DNA of 64,000 bases from Candidatus Bathyarchaeota archaeon. GTDB lineage: Archaea; Thermoproteota; Bathyarchaeia; Bathyarchaeales; Bathyarchaeaceae. The stretch lies in the NCBI GenBank assembly GCA_963697165.1, contig CAVOMX010000006.1:5206-69205 (forward strand), read 5' to 3'. Numbering within the stretch: position 1 is the stretch's first letter; the number at the start of each line of letters is the position of its first letter. Shown in pieces: positions 1 through 11,098 of this stretch. Made by a program: the position numbers and the translations under genes. The notes beneath the pieces were generated by a model. The model was given only the letters and a program-made list of their open reading frames with translations, was not told the DNA's origin and made no database searches.

Positions 1-591
1 CACTTTATCACGACGTATGAGAGCACGAACACGGTCTAACACTGTATTAAGTGAGACACCTAATAGATTCGCAACCATTTCTTGATGACCTATTACTGCA
101 GTCTCTATATGGCCTTCTTCTGTAGGTTCTATTAGCATAAGCCTCTTGTCTACTCCTGAATTACGTTTTTCTTTTCTGAGTTCCGAAAGGGACGCTTCGC
201 CTCCAAACTTGTAGAACTCCTTTTCTACTGGACGTAGCTTCACCAAAGGAAATGATAGACTAGTTTGGTGATCCAATTCGATGTATCCTTTCAGGGCATA
301 AAGGGGAGTAGCTTGTATAATTTTTCGTTGATAAGGCTGAAAACCTGACCGTTCAAGCGCCGTTTCTATGCTAAAAGAGGAGGGAGGCTCTGGCAAATAG
401 ATGTCAATATCGCTCATTTCTGAAACGTCGCCGCGGACGATACTTCCGTGAACAATAGAACGCAGATGTAAGTTGTCTAGCTTCTCCATTGTTTGAATTG
501 TTTCTAACCTTAATTTCTGGAAAAGCTTCCAGTGTTTACTGTCGTAAATAATCTCTTCTTGTTCGGCTCTTTGCATCGGCTTTTTAGCCAT
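1..591 (-). CDS. Predicted nucleotidyltransferase (COG2413-like), 3' end outside the window
   Basis: Manual translation from ATG 591 gives MAKKPMQRAEQ...HGSIVRGDVSEMSDIDI (GS..DxD motif); frame is open to the window edge, so it is absent from the ORF track. Confidence 0.8.
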   Translation of the reverse strand, partial: MAKKPMQRAEQEEIIYDSKHWKLFQKLRLETIQTMEKLDNLHLRSIVHGSIVRGDVSEMSDIDIYLPEPPSSFSIETALERSGFQPYQRKIIQATPLYALKGYIELDHQTSLSFPLVKLRPVEKEFYKFGGEASLSELRKEKRNSGVDKRLMLIEPTEEGHIETAVIGHQEMVANLLGVSLNTVLDRVRALIRRDKV

Positions 592-593
592 TT

Positions 594-917
594 TTATTTC
601 ACCGGTTCAAGGCAAGCCTTCATCCAGTCTAGGTACGATTGAGACCCCTCCACTATTGGAAGTGCCAGAATCTCAGGAATCTCATAGCTGTGTAGTTCCT
701 TTATTTTATTTGAGAGATTTTTGAAGAATTTTTGATGTGACTTCATTATAACTAGTACCTCTTTTTCTTCTTCTATCTTTTCTTTCCAACAGAAAAATGA
801 AGAAACAGGATCTATTATGTTGGCGCAGGCGATTAACCGTTTTTCTAGTAGAGTATGAACTATCTTCACGGCTTCTTCTTTGTTGCTGGTTGTCATTAAC
901 ACAATCAGGTATGACAT
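594..917 (-). CDS. cutA: Divalent-cation tolerance protein CutA
   Basis: LIACAN and HSYEIPEILALPIVEG motifs. Confidence 0.93.
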   Translation of the reverse strand: MSYLIVLMTTSNKEEAVKIVHTLLEKRLIACANIIDPVSSFFCWKEKIEEEKEVLVIMKSHQKFFKNLSNKIKELHSYEIPEILALPIVEGSQSYLDWMKACLEPVK

Positions 918-1087
918 ATATTCTCCTACAATGATTATATCTGAACACTATTTTAAGTGAATCAATGTGATGATGTAAATCCTGTAAAATATCTCTGTAA
1001 TTATGTAAAATTTGGCCCTTTAAAAGGAAAATCTTAAATTAGATCCCTTAAGTACATAGTAGTCGTTAAAAATCGAGAGATGAAAAA

Positions 1088-3715
1088 ATGGAAATTCTAA
1101 AAAATAAAACAAAATTGACCGCAATATTCGTAATAGTTCTTTTGACAGCATCTACTTTTATGCTAATGGCAAATCCACTACAAGCTCAGGATGATCATGG
1201 AGGAACTCCAGCGCAGACAGGAATGGCAGGTAGTGTGGTCGGATCCGCACCAGCAAACGCAAACATCACATGGTACTTTGACCCCCAAGCACGTCTTGCT
1301 TTCACTCCTAACCCTGTAGGTGTAAACCAGATATTCACAATTAACTTATGGATTACACCACCACCAAGTGCAGAACGCTACATGAAAGACTACCAAGTAG
1401 AAATCACAAAACCTGATGGCACATCAAACACAGTAACAATCGATTCATATGTAGCCGACGGAACAGCATGGTTCCCTTACCTAGCCGACCAAGTAGGAGA
1501 ATGGAATTTACAATTCTTCTTCCAGGGACAATACAACCCAGCAGGATTTTACAGTGACGGAGAATGGCGAACAGAAGAATTCCAAGGCTCAATGTGGTAC
1601 GACGGAGACTACTACAGACCCACCCAAACTGCAGTACAAACACTTACCGTACAAGAAGAATTCGTGTACTCTTGGCCACTTATTGACCTACCAACCGACT
1701 ATTGGACCCGTCCAATATCGCTGGAACACAGAGAATGGGCAGCAATCGCAGGCAACTATCCATGGAATGAACAGGAAACAAACTCTGAATGGAGCGGTGA
1801 TCCCGACTGGTATGGTCCCTACGTCACGGCACCAAACACTTCACACGTTGTCTGGAAACGACAACAAGACATAGCAGGTATTATAGGTGGAGAAGCTGGT
1901 GTATACGGTGATCTTGCTAGTGTAGATACTCCTAATGTAATCTATTTGGGACGATGCTACGATCAGGTCTACCGTCCTATAGTAGGCGAAACAGCCAGAT
2001 GCTATAATCTACGCACAGGAGAAATCTACTACGATATACCCGTCTCAGAAGGTGGAATCACACCGATGTGGATTGCCTACGATAAGCCAGCAGACACTGC
2101 AGTTCCTGGCGCAGGCGCGGCCCGCGCAGTCACAGCCACACTTATTGCAGTAGATAGCACTGCTAACCCAACTGAACTGTATAAGATCAATCCATTCTCT
2201 GGGATAGTAAGCAGCTATGACCTAACAGCCGCTGGCGGACCTGGACGAATACTGGCCTTCAGAAACGATTACTTCCTAAGCGTACGAGATTCAAGTGACA
2301 GCGTTGTTGATCCTTACATGATGTCTCATTTCTGGAACCGCACAAGCATCCAAGATAATGGATATCCAACTTACCTCTATAACTGGACAGTTATCCCTAA
2401 CACCAACAACTTCGTCAGCAGACTAAATAGCAACATAACCTTCAGACTATGTCCAAGCTTCAGAGGCTCAGCATATCCAGAAAGCTCTAAATGGAACTGG
2501 TATGGACGAATGGGTACTGCCGACTTGGATTCAGGTTACACTGTAATCACAAGACGATTCTTTGATAACGCAGTTTGGGGCGGAAATGCATAGGTGTAAG
2601 CCTATATACTGGTGAGGTACTATGGGAAAGATACTTCGATAAATGCACCATACAGCCCATCGAACAACAGTCGCTGAAGATGGAGTCGCAGTTATCTGCT
2701 TTAACCAAGGAGAAGTCGTGGGACTTGACATGGCAACAGGCGCAATAAAATGGACAAACAATGGAAACTCTTATCCATTCGGTGGATTCTGGGGATACGA
2801 CGAAGCCGCAGCTTACGGCATGGCATACTTCTGGTCATACGATGGAGTTCAAGCCTTTAACTTACAGGACGGAACTCTAACATGGCACTACAATGATCCA
2901 GCAATACCCTTCGAAACAACATACTATGGCACAACAGGCGTAGAAGCTTACTCCTTTAACGGAAATGGTGTTGTTGCTGATGGAAAAGTTTTCACACGAA
3001 ACAGCGAGCACACAGCTACTGCACCATATACAAGAGGTTGGAGTCTTCACTGTCTAGATGCCTATACTGGTGAAAAGATATGGAAGATTGCAGCACCAAT
3101 GAATCCTGGTGCAGCAGCAGACGGTTACCTAACAGCAGGCAACAGTTATGATGGATACCTATATGTCTTCGGCAAGGGCAAGAGTGAGACCACTGTTTCA
3201 GCTCCTAATGTTGCAGTACCAAAAGGAACTGCAATGATGATAACTGGATCAGTTTTGGACATATCTCCTGCTCAGAAAGGCACTCCATGTGTATCTGATG
3301 CATCTATGGACACTCAGATGAACTTCTTACACATGGTAAGACCAGTAGATGGAATCTATCACAACGAAACGATCACCGGCGTTCCAGTAATGCTAACAGC
3401 TATCGGAACAGACGGCACTTATGTCGAAATTGGCACAACCACAACAGACGGATACTATGGCGACTTTGCATCATGCGTGGACACCAGAAAAGGAAGGAAC
3501 ATACAGAATTCTCGCCCAATTTGTTGGATCCGAATCTTATGGTAGCTCAGGAGCAGCAGTTGGAGTTGTAGTCGGTCCAGCAGCATCACCAGGAGGCACC
3601 AATAGAACCAGAACCCACTCCATTGATCAGCACCGAAGTAGCTATCGCAATAGGTGTGATTGCAGTCGCAATCATAGCCGCAGTCGGATACTTAGTACTA
3701 CGAAAACGAAAATAA
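1088..3715 (+). CDS. Secreted PQQ-like beta-propeller surface protein with C-terminal TM anchor (frameshifted near 2590, 3480, 3600)
   Basis: Signal peptide, LPTDYWTRP, repeated LDAYTGE-type blades, terminal TM + RKRK; ORFs 1088-2593, 2643-3545 and 3421 onward join into one gene; paralog at 25878. Confidence 0.8.
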
Positions 3716-4186
3716 ATCCCAAAATAATCTTCCATCCCCTTTTTTTTGGGGGGGAGATCCCTTTTTTATGTATACATAAACATGTTTGAAGAACAAATAT
3801 GAAATTAGTTTTTTATATCGGAATCGGAACAGATAGAGTAAACAATAGTATATTCTGTTTTGTTTGAAGATTAATTAATGCTTTAAAGAAAAGGTAAAAG
3901 TGGTTTAGTATTATATCGTCCTGATTTCTGTTTGGTCTATTGCATACTAGAAGATCAAGTTTCAAGATAAGGAAAAAACTCGCTATTAAAAGGAGTGCGC
4001 GGTTTTCAAACATATGCATATTCTGTTTAAAATTTTTTTCTATATTTTTCTCTAAATTTTGGCAGCATTAATCTCTTCCTAACTGAGACTTCTTTTTAGA
4101 ACCGAAGAATATTTAGTGAAACAACCACACACAAGAGAAAGCAAGAACAATATGGATGCATCTATTCATTGGCGAAGGTTTTCAAA

Positions 4187-4849
4187 ATGATGATATCTGG
4201 AGTTGACGAAGCCGGTCGCGGATCTGTTATTGGGCCTTTAGTTATAGCAGGTATTTCGATTAATGAGAAAGATTTACCTAAGTTGATAGACATTGGCGTG
4301 AAGGATTCAAAGCTCCTTTCGCCTTGTAGACGAGAAGAACTTGCTATACAAGTAAAAGATTTGGCTCTGATCTATCATGTCGTGTTTTTGTCTCCTGGTG
4401 AGATTGACATAGTTGTTGAAAGTAAAAGAAGACTGCATAAGTTGAATCGTCTTGAAGCTAAAGCAATGGCTAAAGTGATAACAATTCTTAAACCCGACGT
4501 GATCTATGTAGACGCATCAGACGTTCTAGCAGATAGATTTGGAGAGCACATCGCAGAAAACCTCAACTTCAAACCCAAAATAATCTCTGAACATAAGGCA
4601 GACCTAACATATCCTATCGTATCAGCTGCATCTATCATAGCCAAAGTAGAACGAGACCAGGTGATTTCACAGTTGCAAAATAAACATGGTAACATAGGCT
4701 GCGGCTACCCCAGCGACCCGAATACAATAAAATTTCTAGAAAACTGGATAATAAAGTTTGGTTCCTACCCCGATTTCGTAAGAAAATCTTGGAAAACCGC
4801 AAAAAGACTTAAGGACAAAGCAGATTCAAAACAAAAAAAACTACAGTAA
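4187..4849 (+). CDS. rnhB: Ribonuclease HII
   Basis: GVDEAGRG, DSK, VSAASIIAKV and GYPSDP motifs. Confidence 0.96.
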   Translation: MMISGVDEAGRGSVIGPLVIAGISINEKDLPKLIDIGVKDSKLLSPCRREELAIQVKDLALIYHVVFLSPGEIDIVVESKRRLHKLNRLEAKAMAKVITILKPDVIYVDASDVLADRFGEHIAENLNFKPKIISEHKADLTYPIVSAASIIAKVERDQVISQLQNKHGNIGCGYPSDPNTIKFLENWIIKFGSYPDFVRKSWKTAKRLKDKADSKQKKLQ

Positions 4850-5139
4850 AGTTGCAATTGGTTGTGTGAGAATCAGGTTTAATTAAGATTTGCGAAGGGT
4901 TCTTCCTTTTGCTTCATTGTGGATATTACTCCATGTGACGTCTAATGTAACTATTGTCTATCATTTCAGAACCATAAATGTGTTAGATGTCCAACTTTCG
5001 GCTATTATCGAGGTCCACTTAAAGGGTGAATGAACTCTACAACGGCACTAGCATCAGTCGTTGTTTTTGGAACGCTATCTTTTTTGATTGCAGAGAATTA
5101 ACGTAGCTAAGCGGCCCACATCCTTGATCTGAACTGTGT

Positions 5140-6240
5140 TTATCTTATGGCTTTACACATTTTCGTGTCTTTACAAAGAACCCTATGAATTGCCGTTTCA
5201 GCTATTTCTGATCCTATTTCAGCTATTCTTCGAGCCCCCCACAATAGGAAGCTTATTTGAGCGACGGCACAAGCTTCTATCGGTCTTTTACCCTTGAAAT
5301 ATTTGCTCACCGAGAAATTTTTTCCATGCAAATAAGCAGAACTACATATCCTTTCCTGCAACATCTCTTCCGTTTGCTGAATCTCAAGGTATGTCTCTAT
5401 TGCTTTATTTGCCAGTTGGATATCGCTGGAGAAGAAACTGTTTATTGCTTCATGGCATATTCCATAAGTTCGTTCGTTAATCTCAATTATTTTTTGAATT
5501 AATTCTTCTCCAATGATTTCCTTGGATTTGTTTAAAGCAATAATTTTTTCTGCGGTTTTATTTGCCCAATCAGCGATAAGCCGCAAATATTGGGCTATCA
5601 AGCGATACCAGATAATTAGAGATGGGTTGTCTATTTCCATCTGGCTGGCTATGCCTTTGTCTCGTTGGCAGCTATTTAATAAGCGAACTATTACCCAGAA
5701 CATTGTGTATGCTTCTTTATCTCTGCGTATTGCTTCGCCTGCAAGTTCCACATCTAAATTCGGTAGAGAATCTATCATTTCTCTGTGCATAGTAGAGCTG
5801 ATTATGAACAGTCTTCTAAGCAGAGTGTTTATGGGAAATTTTGTTGTATCAATAGAGCATTGGATCAGGAGCGAATTGGGTGTTTCCTCCATTATGCCCA
5901 TACCCATCAGTTCACGTGTGATGGTCCTGATTTTGTTTACCTGCTCGCTGCTCAGCCTGTTTGTTGAAACTATTTTTATGCTATCGTATCCAAGGGAATA
6001 GACACCCATTAGAGCCCTACCCAACATTTTGGGGTCTTTACAAAAATCTCCGTTCAATTCAACTGTTGAGTCTGGCTGTTTTTCTATTTGTCCTGGGGTC
6101 ATTATTTTAAGTATGTTGCCTTCATCTTCTTTAAAGAAGACAAGTTGTCCCTTTTTTAAACCAACTTCTTTTACCCATTCATTAGGAAGTGAAACAGCTA
6201 AACTAGAAGATCCTACGCGTTGAACTTTTCTGGATTCCAT
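5140..6240 (-). CDS. AbrB-PhoU family regulator
   Basis: N-terminal RKVQRVGSSSLAVSLP (AbrB-like) followed by two helical PhoU-like domains. Confidence 0.85.
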   Translation of the reverse strand: MESRKVQRVGSSSLAVSLPNEWVKEVGLKKGQLVFFKEDEGNILKIMTPGQIEKQPDSTVELNGDFCKDPKMLGRALMGVYSLGYDSIKIVSTNRLSSEQVNKIRTITRELMGMGIMEETPNSLLIQCSIDTTKFPINTLLRRLFIISSTMHREMIDSLPNLDVELAGEAIRRDKEAYTMFWVIVRLLNSCQRDKGIASQMEIDNPSLIIWYRLIAQYLRLIADWANKTAEKIIALNKSKEIIGEELIQKIIEINERTYGICHEAINSFFSSDIQLANKAIETYLEIQQTEEMLQERICSSAYLHGKNFSVSKYFKGKRPIEACAVAQISFLLWGARRIAEIGSEIAETAIHRVLCKDTKMCKAIR

Positions 6241-6272
6241 AGTATCTCTCTCTTATCTGTATTTACGGTAAT

Positions 6273-6322
6273 GGTTAGTATATATACATTATTACTTTAA
6301 TCACGTAATGTATATACTAACC
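6273..6322. promoter_or_regulatory. Inverted repeat in the divergent promoter region (candidate operator)
   Basis: GGTTAGTATATATACATTATTAC ... GTAATGTATATACTAACC. Confidence 0.55.
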
Positions 6323-6353
6323 CTTCTATGTTATTATAATCAAGGCGATAAAA

Positions 6354-6893
6354 ATGTTCAAGAATATATCAATGTTAAAAACGGATCAAAATGATGCAGC
6401 CCAAAAAGAATACCTTTTCCAGTGCGAGGGGAAAACGGTTTGCGTTAAGACTAACAGAGACTACACAAAAACTCACATGTGGACAAAGAATACTCTTGAA
6501 GGAAATCAAAAAATTGGAATAACTGATTATGCTCAGCAGCATCTAAGGGAAAAAGTAGGTCTAGTAGAGATCTCCAAGAACACCACAGTTGGTGAAGATG
6601 TTGAGGTCGGAGAAGTCTTTGGCACTGTTTATGGAAGACCCTGTGCAGACCTTGACGAGATGCGATGTGAGTACGTTGCCTTTGATCTTATAGCCCCAAT
6701 TAGCGGCAAAATAGTTGACATCAACTGGCGAATAATGGAAACTCCTGATATCATAAACAATAGCCCTTACGATGAAGGGTGGATTGTAACTATTGCCCCT
6801 AAAAATAAGACTGACTTAAGCGAGCTCATCACCGCGAAGGCCTACAAAAAATTGCTTGAAAAACAGGAGAAATCTCCCTTCAGAGTCTTGTAA
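6354..6893 (+). CDS. Glycine cleavage H-like protein lacking the lipoyl lysine
   Basis: YTKTHMW, IGITDYAQ, APISGKIVDIN and INNSPYDEGWI are GcvH motifs; the ES-V-K hairpin is replaced by YGRPCADLDEMRCEY. Confidence 0.85.
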   Translation: MFKNISMLKTDQNDAAQKEYLFQCEGKTVCVKTNRDYTKTHMWTKNTLEGNQKIGITDYAQQHLREKVGLVEISKNTTVGEDVEVGEVFGTVYGRPCADLDEMRCEYVAFDLIAPISGKIVDINWRIMETPDIINNSPYDEGWIVTIAPKNKTDLSELITAKAYKKLLEKQEKSPFRVL

Positions 6894-6920
6894 TATAGAA
6901 CGATCTAGTAGGTTCCCCAA

Positions 6921-7487
6921 ATGCAGAAATCTATAGTTCTTCCATCTACGGCAGAGAATGAACTGCGGCAGTTCATCTTTAAGACAACAACAGATGCTGC
7001 TCGGAAGGATTTGATTCAAGTGCTTCAAGCAGTTCAAGAAAGATACGGATATTTACCAAAAGAAAGCTTGCGAATGATTGCAATCAATCTGAGAGTCTCT
7101 TTTAGTGAAGTCTATGGTGTTGCCACTTTCTATCACCAATTCAGGCTTCAACCCCCTGGAATGTATGTGATCCAAGTGTGCATGGGAACTGGTTGCCATG
7201 CAAAAGGGAACGCCGACAACTTTGAGCACCTCAAATTGCTTCTTGATCTCAAGCCTGATCAATACATTACCAAAGACAAAGTTTTCAGTCTTGAATCAGC
7301 AAGATGCTTCGGATGTTGTAGTTTAGCACCTGTACTTGCGGTTACTGATAGCACTGGCAATTACCGGCGACTATACGGGAATGTTGACCAGAAGGTATTG
7401 AAGAAAATTTTAGCTGAATACAGAGAGAAAGCCAAACAAGAGGAGAGTGAACCAAAACGCGAAATAATAGTTTGCCCGAAGAGTTAA
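6921..7487 (+). CDS. NuoE/HydC-like [2Fe-2S] subunit
   Basis: VYGVATFY, VCMGTGC and RCFGCCSLAPV motifs. Confidence 0.92.
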   Translation: MQKSIVLPSTAENELRQFIFKTTTDAARKDLIQVLQAVQERYGYLPKESLRMIAINLRVSFSEVYGVATFYHQFRLQPPGMYVIQVCMGTGCHAKGNADNFEHLKLLLDLKPDQYITKDKVFSLESARCFGCCSLAPVLAVTDSTGNYRRLYGNVDQKVLKKILAEYREKAKQEESEPKREIIVCPKS

Positions 7488-9335
7488 TCTATGGCAAGAC
7501 AGGGTTTAAAATCAGAGTTCCCCTAGGTAGTTGCACAATTGCTGCGGGCGCTAACGAAGTTTTACAAAGTATAAATACAATTGTCAATTCAATGGGTTTG
7601 GATGTTGAGATAACTCCAGTAGGCTGTATGGGACTAGATTTCATTGATCCTTGGATTGAAATAACAAAGAAGGGCTATCCTTCCGCAATTTATGCTAATG
7701 TAACGCCAGACATTGTTGAACAAATTATTCGTGAATATTTAGATGAAAACTTCTCAAGCGCTTACGCATTCAGGTTCGGAAAAACCGTAGAAGAAAACGT
7801 TCCTTTACTAGATGAACTTGATGTGTGGAAGAATCAGGTCAGATGGATTTCTGGAAAATGCGGAATAATTAATCCCGAATCAATAGACGACTACACAACA
7901 GTTGGGGGCTATGAGGGCCTTAAAAAATGTTTGAGCATGAAACAGGAAGAAACAATAGAAGATCTAAAGAAAGCCAACCTCAGAGGTAGAGGCGGAGCAG
8001 GTTTTCCAACATGGATCAAATGGAACATATGCAAAGAACAGACAAACGACATAAAATACATAATTGCCAACTGTGATGAAGGTGACCCAGGCGCATTCAT
8101 GAATAGACTTCTGGCAGAATCAGACCCGCACAGAATCTTGGAAGGACTAATTATAGCAGGGTACACAATTGGGGCTCACAAGGGATTCATCTTTGTACGC
8201 GCAGAGAAACCTTTGGCTGCCAAACGGCTACTAAAAGCTGCTGAAGACGCAAGAGAGAAAGGTTTCCTAGGCGGAAACATTCTGGGCAGCGGTTACTGTT
8301 TTGACATAGAAGTTTTTCTGAGTGCTGGCGCTTTCGTTTGTGGCGAAGAAACCGCTATGATCGCTGCAATACAGGGCGAAAGAGCTACTCCTATCCAAAG
8401 ACCACCCTTTCCTGCCGTTAAAGGTCTATGGGGCATGCCTACAATAATCAACAATGTTGAAACACTCGCTCACGTGGCAACAATCATGACTGAAGGATGG
8501 GAAAAATTTGCCGCATTAGGAACTGAGAAAAGCAAAGGAACTAAGATGTACTGTGTCACTGGCTCTGTGAAAAGAACTGGAGCTTATGAAGTTCCAATTG
8601 GAACCCCAATAAAGAAGCTATTATATAATATAGCTGGAGGACCTCCCGAAGCTAGAAAAATCAAAGCTGTTCAGTTGGGTGGACCCAGCGGTGGCTGTAT
8701 TCCCGTAGACATGTTTGACTTACCCATGGATTATGACAGCCTCCAAAGTGCAGGAGCCATTATGGGCTCGGGCGGTATGGTGGTCCTGGATAACACAAAC
8801 TGTATGGTGGACATGGCTCGTTTCTTTCTTTCATTCACTACTGCTGAGTCCTGTGGTAAATGTTCTGTTGGACGTATAGGAACACGGCTAATGTATGAGA
8901 CATTGAAGCGGATCACTAATGGTGAAGGTACTGCTGATGACGTCGAATTATTGAAGGAAACCAGCGATGTCATTCAAAAAGCGAGTTTATGTGCACTAGG
9001 CAGAACAGCATCCAACCCAGTACCTGACAACACTTAGATACTTCGAGAAAGAATACGCTGATCACATCGAAGCTAAGAAATGCGAAGCAATGGTCTGTAA
9101 ACCACTTCTAACTTATCACATTAATTCTGAGAAATGCAAAGGCTGTCTAGTATGTGCCAAAAGCTGTCCTGTGCAGGCGATTTCAGGCGAGAAAGGCTCT
9201 ACACCCACAATAGATCAAACTAAATGTATCAAATGTGGAACTTGCGCAGTTAGCTGCCCCTTTGGTGTAATTGAAAATGTGCCTGGTAGACTTGTTGACC
9301 AGTCAGTAATACTTGAGGAGGGTTGCCGTAAATGA
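7472..9335 (+). CDS. NuoF/HydB-like FMN/NADH-binding subunit with C-terminal 2x[4Fe-4S] (frameshift near 9025)
   Basis: LRGRGGAGFP, DEGDPGAF, GAFVCGEETA; removing one C restores VLTTLRYFE..HIEAKKC and joins ferredoxin ORF 9090-9335. Confidence 0.9.
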
Positions 9336-9811
9336 TCTTTTCGAAAATTGAGCCCTATGAAGAAATAATTAAGAAACTGAATAAAAAAGAAGACAAGATA
9401 GCTATAATAAGCTGCAATACTTGTGCCCGAACCTGTGGAAATGGTGGACTAAACAAACTCAACGAGCTAGGTCTAAGATTGATACGTGATGGGTACTATG
9501 TGACCGATGAAGCTGTCGTATTATATGCTTGTTCAGAACCTATGCTCAGGGAAGCCAAGCTCGATCTGGAGGCTAACACAATTATTGTTCTTTCGTGTTC
9601 TGCAGGTTGGTCATGCTTTACGCGGAACTTTCCTGAAAAGAAAGTGTTGAAAGTCACAGAGGACATTGGCTTGGTTATGACTGACACGGACAATGAAATC
9701 TTCAAAGTTGTGATGCCCTACAAGAATCATGAATCCGAGATGGGAAAAGAGTACAGGATAAACACTGGAGAGCCCCTTGTTGGCGAAAAAATCAAAGTGA
9801 GGTGTGTCTAG
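9332..9811 (+). CDS. MetV-like N-terminal domain protein (Cys-rich)
   Basis: SCNTCARTCGNGG ... YAC ... VLSCSAG pattern resembles the N-terminus of the methylene-THF reductase partner MetV; no C-terminal Cys domain. Confidence 0.6.
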   Translation: MIFSKIEPYEEIIKKLNKKEDKIAIISCNTCARTCGNGGLNKLNELGLRLIRDGYYVTDEAVVLYACSEPMLREAKLDLEANTIIVLSCSAGWSCFTRNFPEKKVLKVTEDIGLVMTDTDNEIFKVVMPYKNHESEMGKEYRINTGEPLVGEKIKVRCV

Positions 9812-11011
9812 TTGATAATATCTGTTCGTTCATTATCATATGATCAACTTAAACGAAACTTAAATCCCGATGAAAAAATTATAATCTGGAGCTGCGATAC
9901 GTGTGTGAAGCACTGTGGCATCGCTGGAATGGAAAAGATGACTGCCCTAGAGGACTTGCTCAAGGAGGATGGCTACAATGTCCTTAAAAAGGAGCTTATC
10001 AGCGAATCTTGCCAGATCAACCTCGCTAAGAAACACAAGGCAACAGAAGAAGAAGTATTCAACGAAGCCACTGCAATAATTGTCCTCACATGCGAAATTG
10101 GCTATCAGTGCGTAAAAACTGTGTTTCCATACAAGAAGATTATTGGAACTGCGAAAACCTTCGGATCAGGAAACTTCAGCAACAAAAAAGGGCCAATCTT
10201 AACTTCACCTCTACCAACTACAGGTTTAGCCCTGGAACCAGAAGGTTACACTCTAAACAAGTTAGTGGAAGATTTCAATCTGTATCCCAAGTTCTTCGAT
10301 GCTGACAAAGTGCCTAACCCAGAAAAGATCACCATAACCGTAGATGGCAAACCTCTCGAAGTAAAGAAAGGCGGTAATTTGCTGGATGAGCTGGAGGCTA
10401 ATCGGATAAGAATCCCCCATCTGTGCTACGACTCCAGTTTAGGATCTATTGGAGCCTGCCGAATGTGTCTTGTAAAAATTGAAGGCAAAAGAGGCTTAAT
10501 CCCATCATGCTGCACTCAGATCGAAGAAGGTATGAACGTCACAACCGAAGATGAAGAGCTTGAGCGTCTTCGAAGGTCAGTACTGCAGATAATTATCGCT
10601 GAATGTGGAAATGAGATACAGCAAAGCAGAGACATCCGTTTCTGGATGCGTAGATACAAAATAACCGAAAACAGGTTCAGGCTCTCCAAAAAGGATCAAA
10701 TCGTCGACGACTCCAACGAGGTTCTTATCATGGACCCCAACCGCTGTATTCTTTGTGGAAGATGTGTTCGTGCCTGCGCTAATTTATCAGGTCAAAAAGT
10801 TATCAACTTCGCTTACAGAGGAAGCAACACTGTTGCAATCACTGGATTAAACGACGCTTTCGGTAACACCGATTGTGCACACTGTTTAGCATGTTCTCAC
10901 TACTGTCCAACAAATGCGATAACGCCTAAATCAGTCTCCAAGAAGATCTCAGGCTATCCATTCTGGACTCAAATTTCATATCCAAAGAAGATGGTACGCA
11001 CAAGCCAATAG
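9812..11011 (+). CDS. Fusion of a MetV-like domain and a NuoG/HydA N-terminal Fe-S domain
   Basis: SCDTCVKHC N-domain paralogous to 9332-9811; IPHLCY..GACRMCLV [2Fe-2S]; CILCGRCVRAC and CAHCLACSHYCP; no H-cluster or Mo domain. Confidence 0.75.
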   Translation: MIISVRSLSYDQLKRNLNPDEKIIIWSCDTCVKHCGIAGMEKMTALEDLLKEDGYNVLKKELISESCQINLAKKHKATEEEVFNEATAIIVLTCEIGYQCVKTVFPYKKIIGTAKTFGSGNFSNKKGPILTSPLPTTGLALEPEGYTLNKLVEDFNLYPKFFDADKVPNPEKITITVDGKPLEVKKGGNLLDELEANRIRIPHLCYDSSLGSIGACRMCLVKIEGKRGLIPSCCTQIEEGMNVTTEDEELERLRRSVLQIIIAECGNEIQQSRDIRFWMRRYKITENRFRLSKKDQIVDDSNEVLIMDPNRCILCGRCVRACANLSGQKVINFAYRGSNTVAITGLNDAFGNTDCAHCLACSHYCPTNAITPKSVSKKISGYPFWTQISYPKKMVRTSQ

Positions 11012-11098
11012 ATCAATACACGTAAAAGACTGCTGCTAGACGCCATCTATAAAGAGAATGCGCGTTTAGCCCCTTTTTTCCTGCTCATTTTTTTTTTT

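Noticed and set aside
9020-9090. Pyrrolysine readthrough of the nuoF TAG (or selenocysteine at the feoB TGA)
   Set aside because: The continuation is in a different frame; a one-base correction restores the conserved sequence
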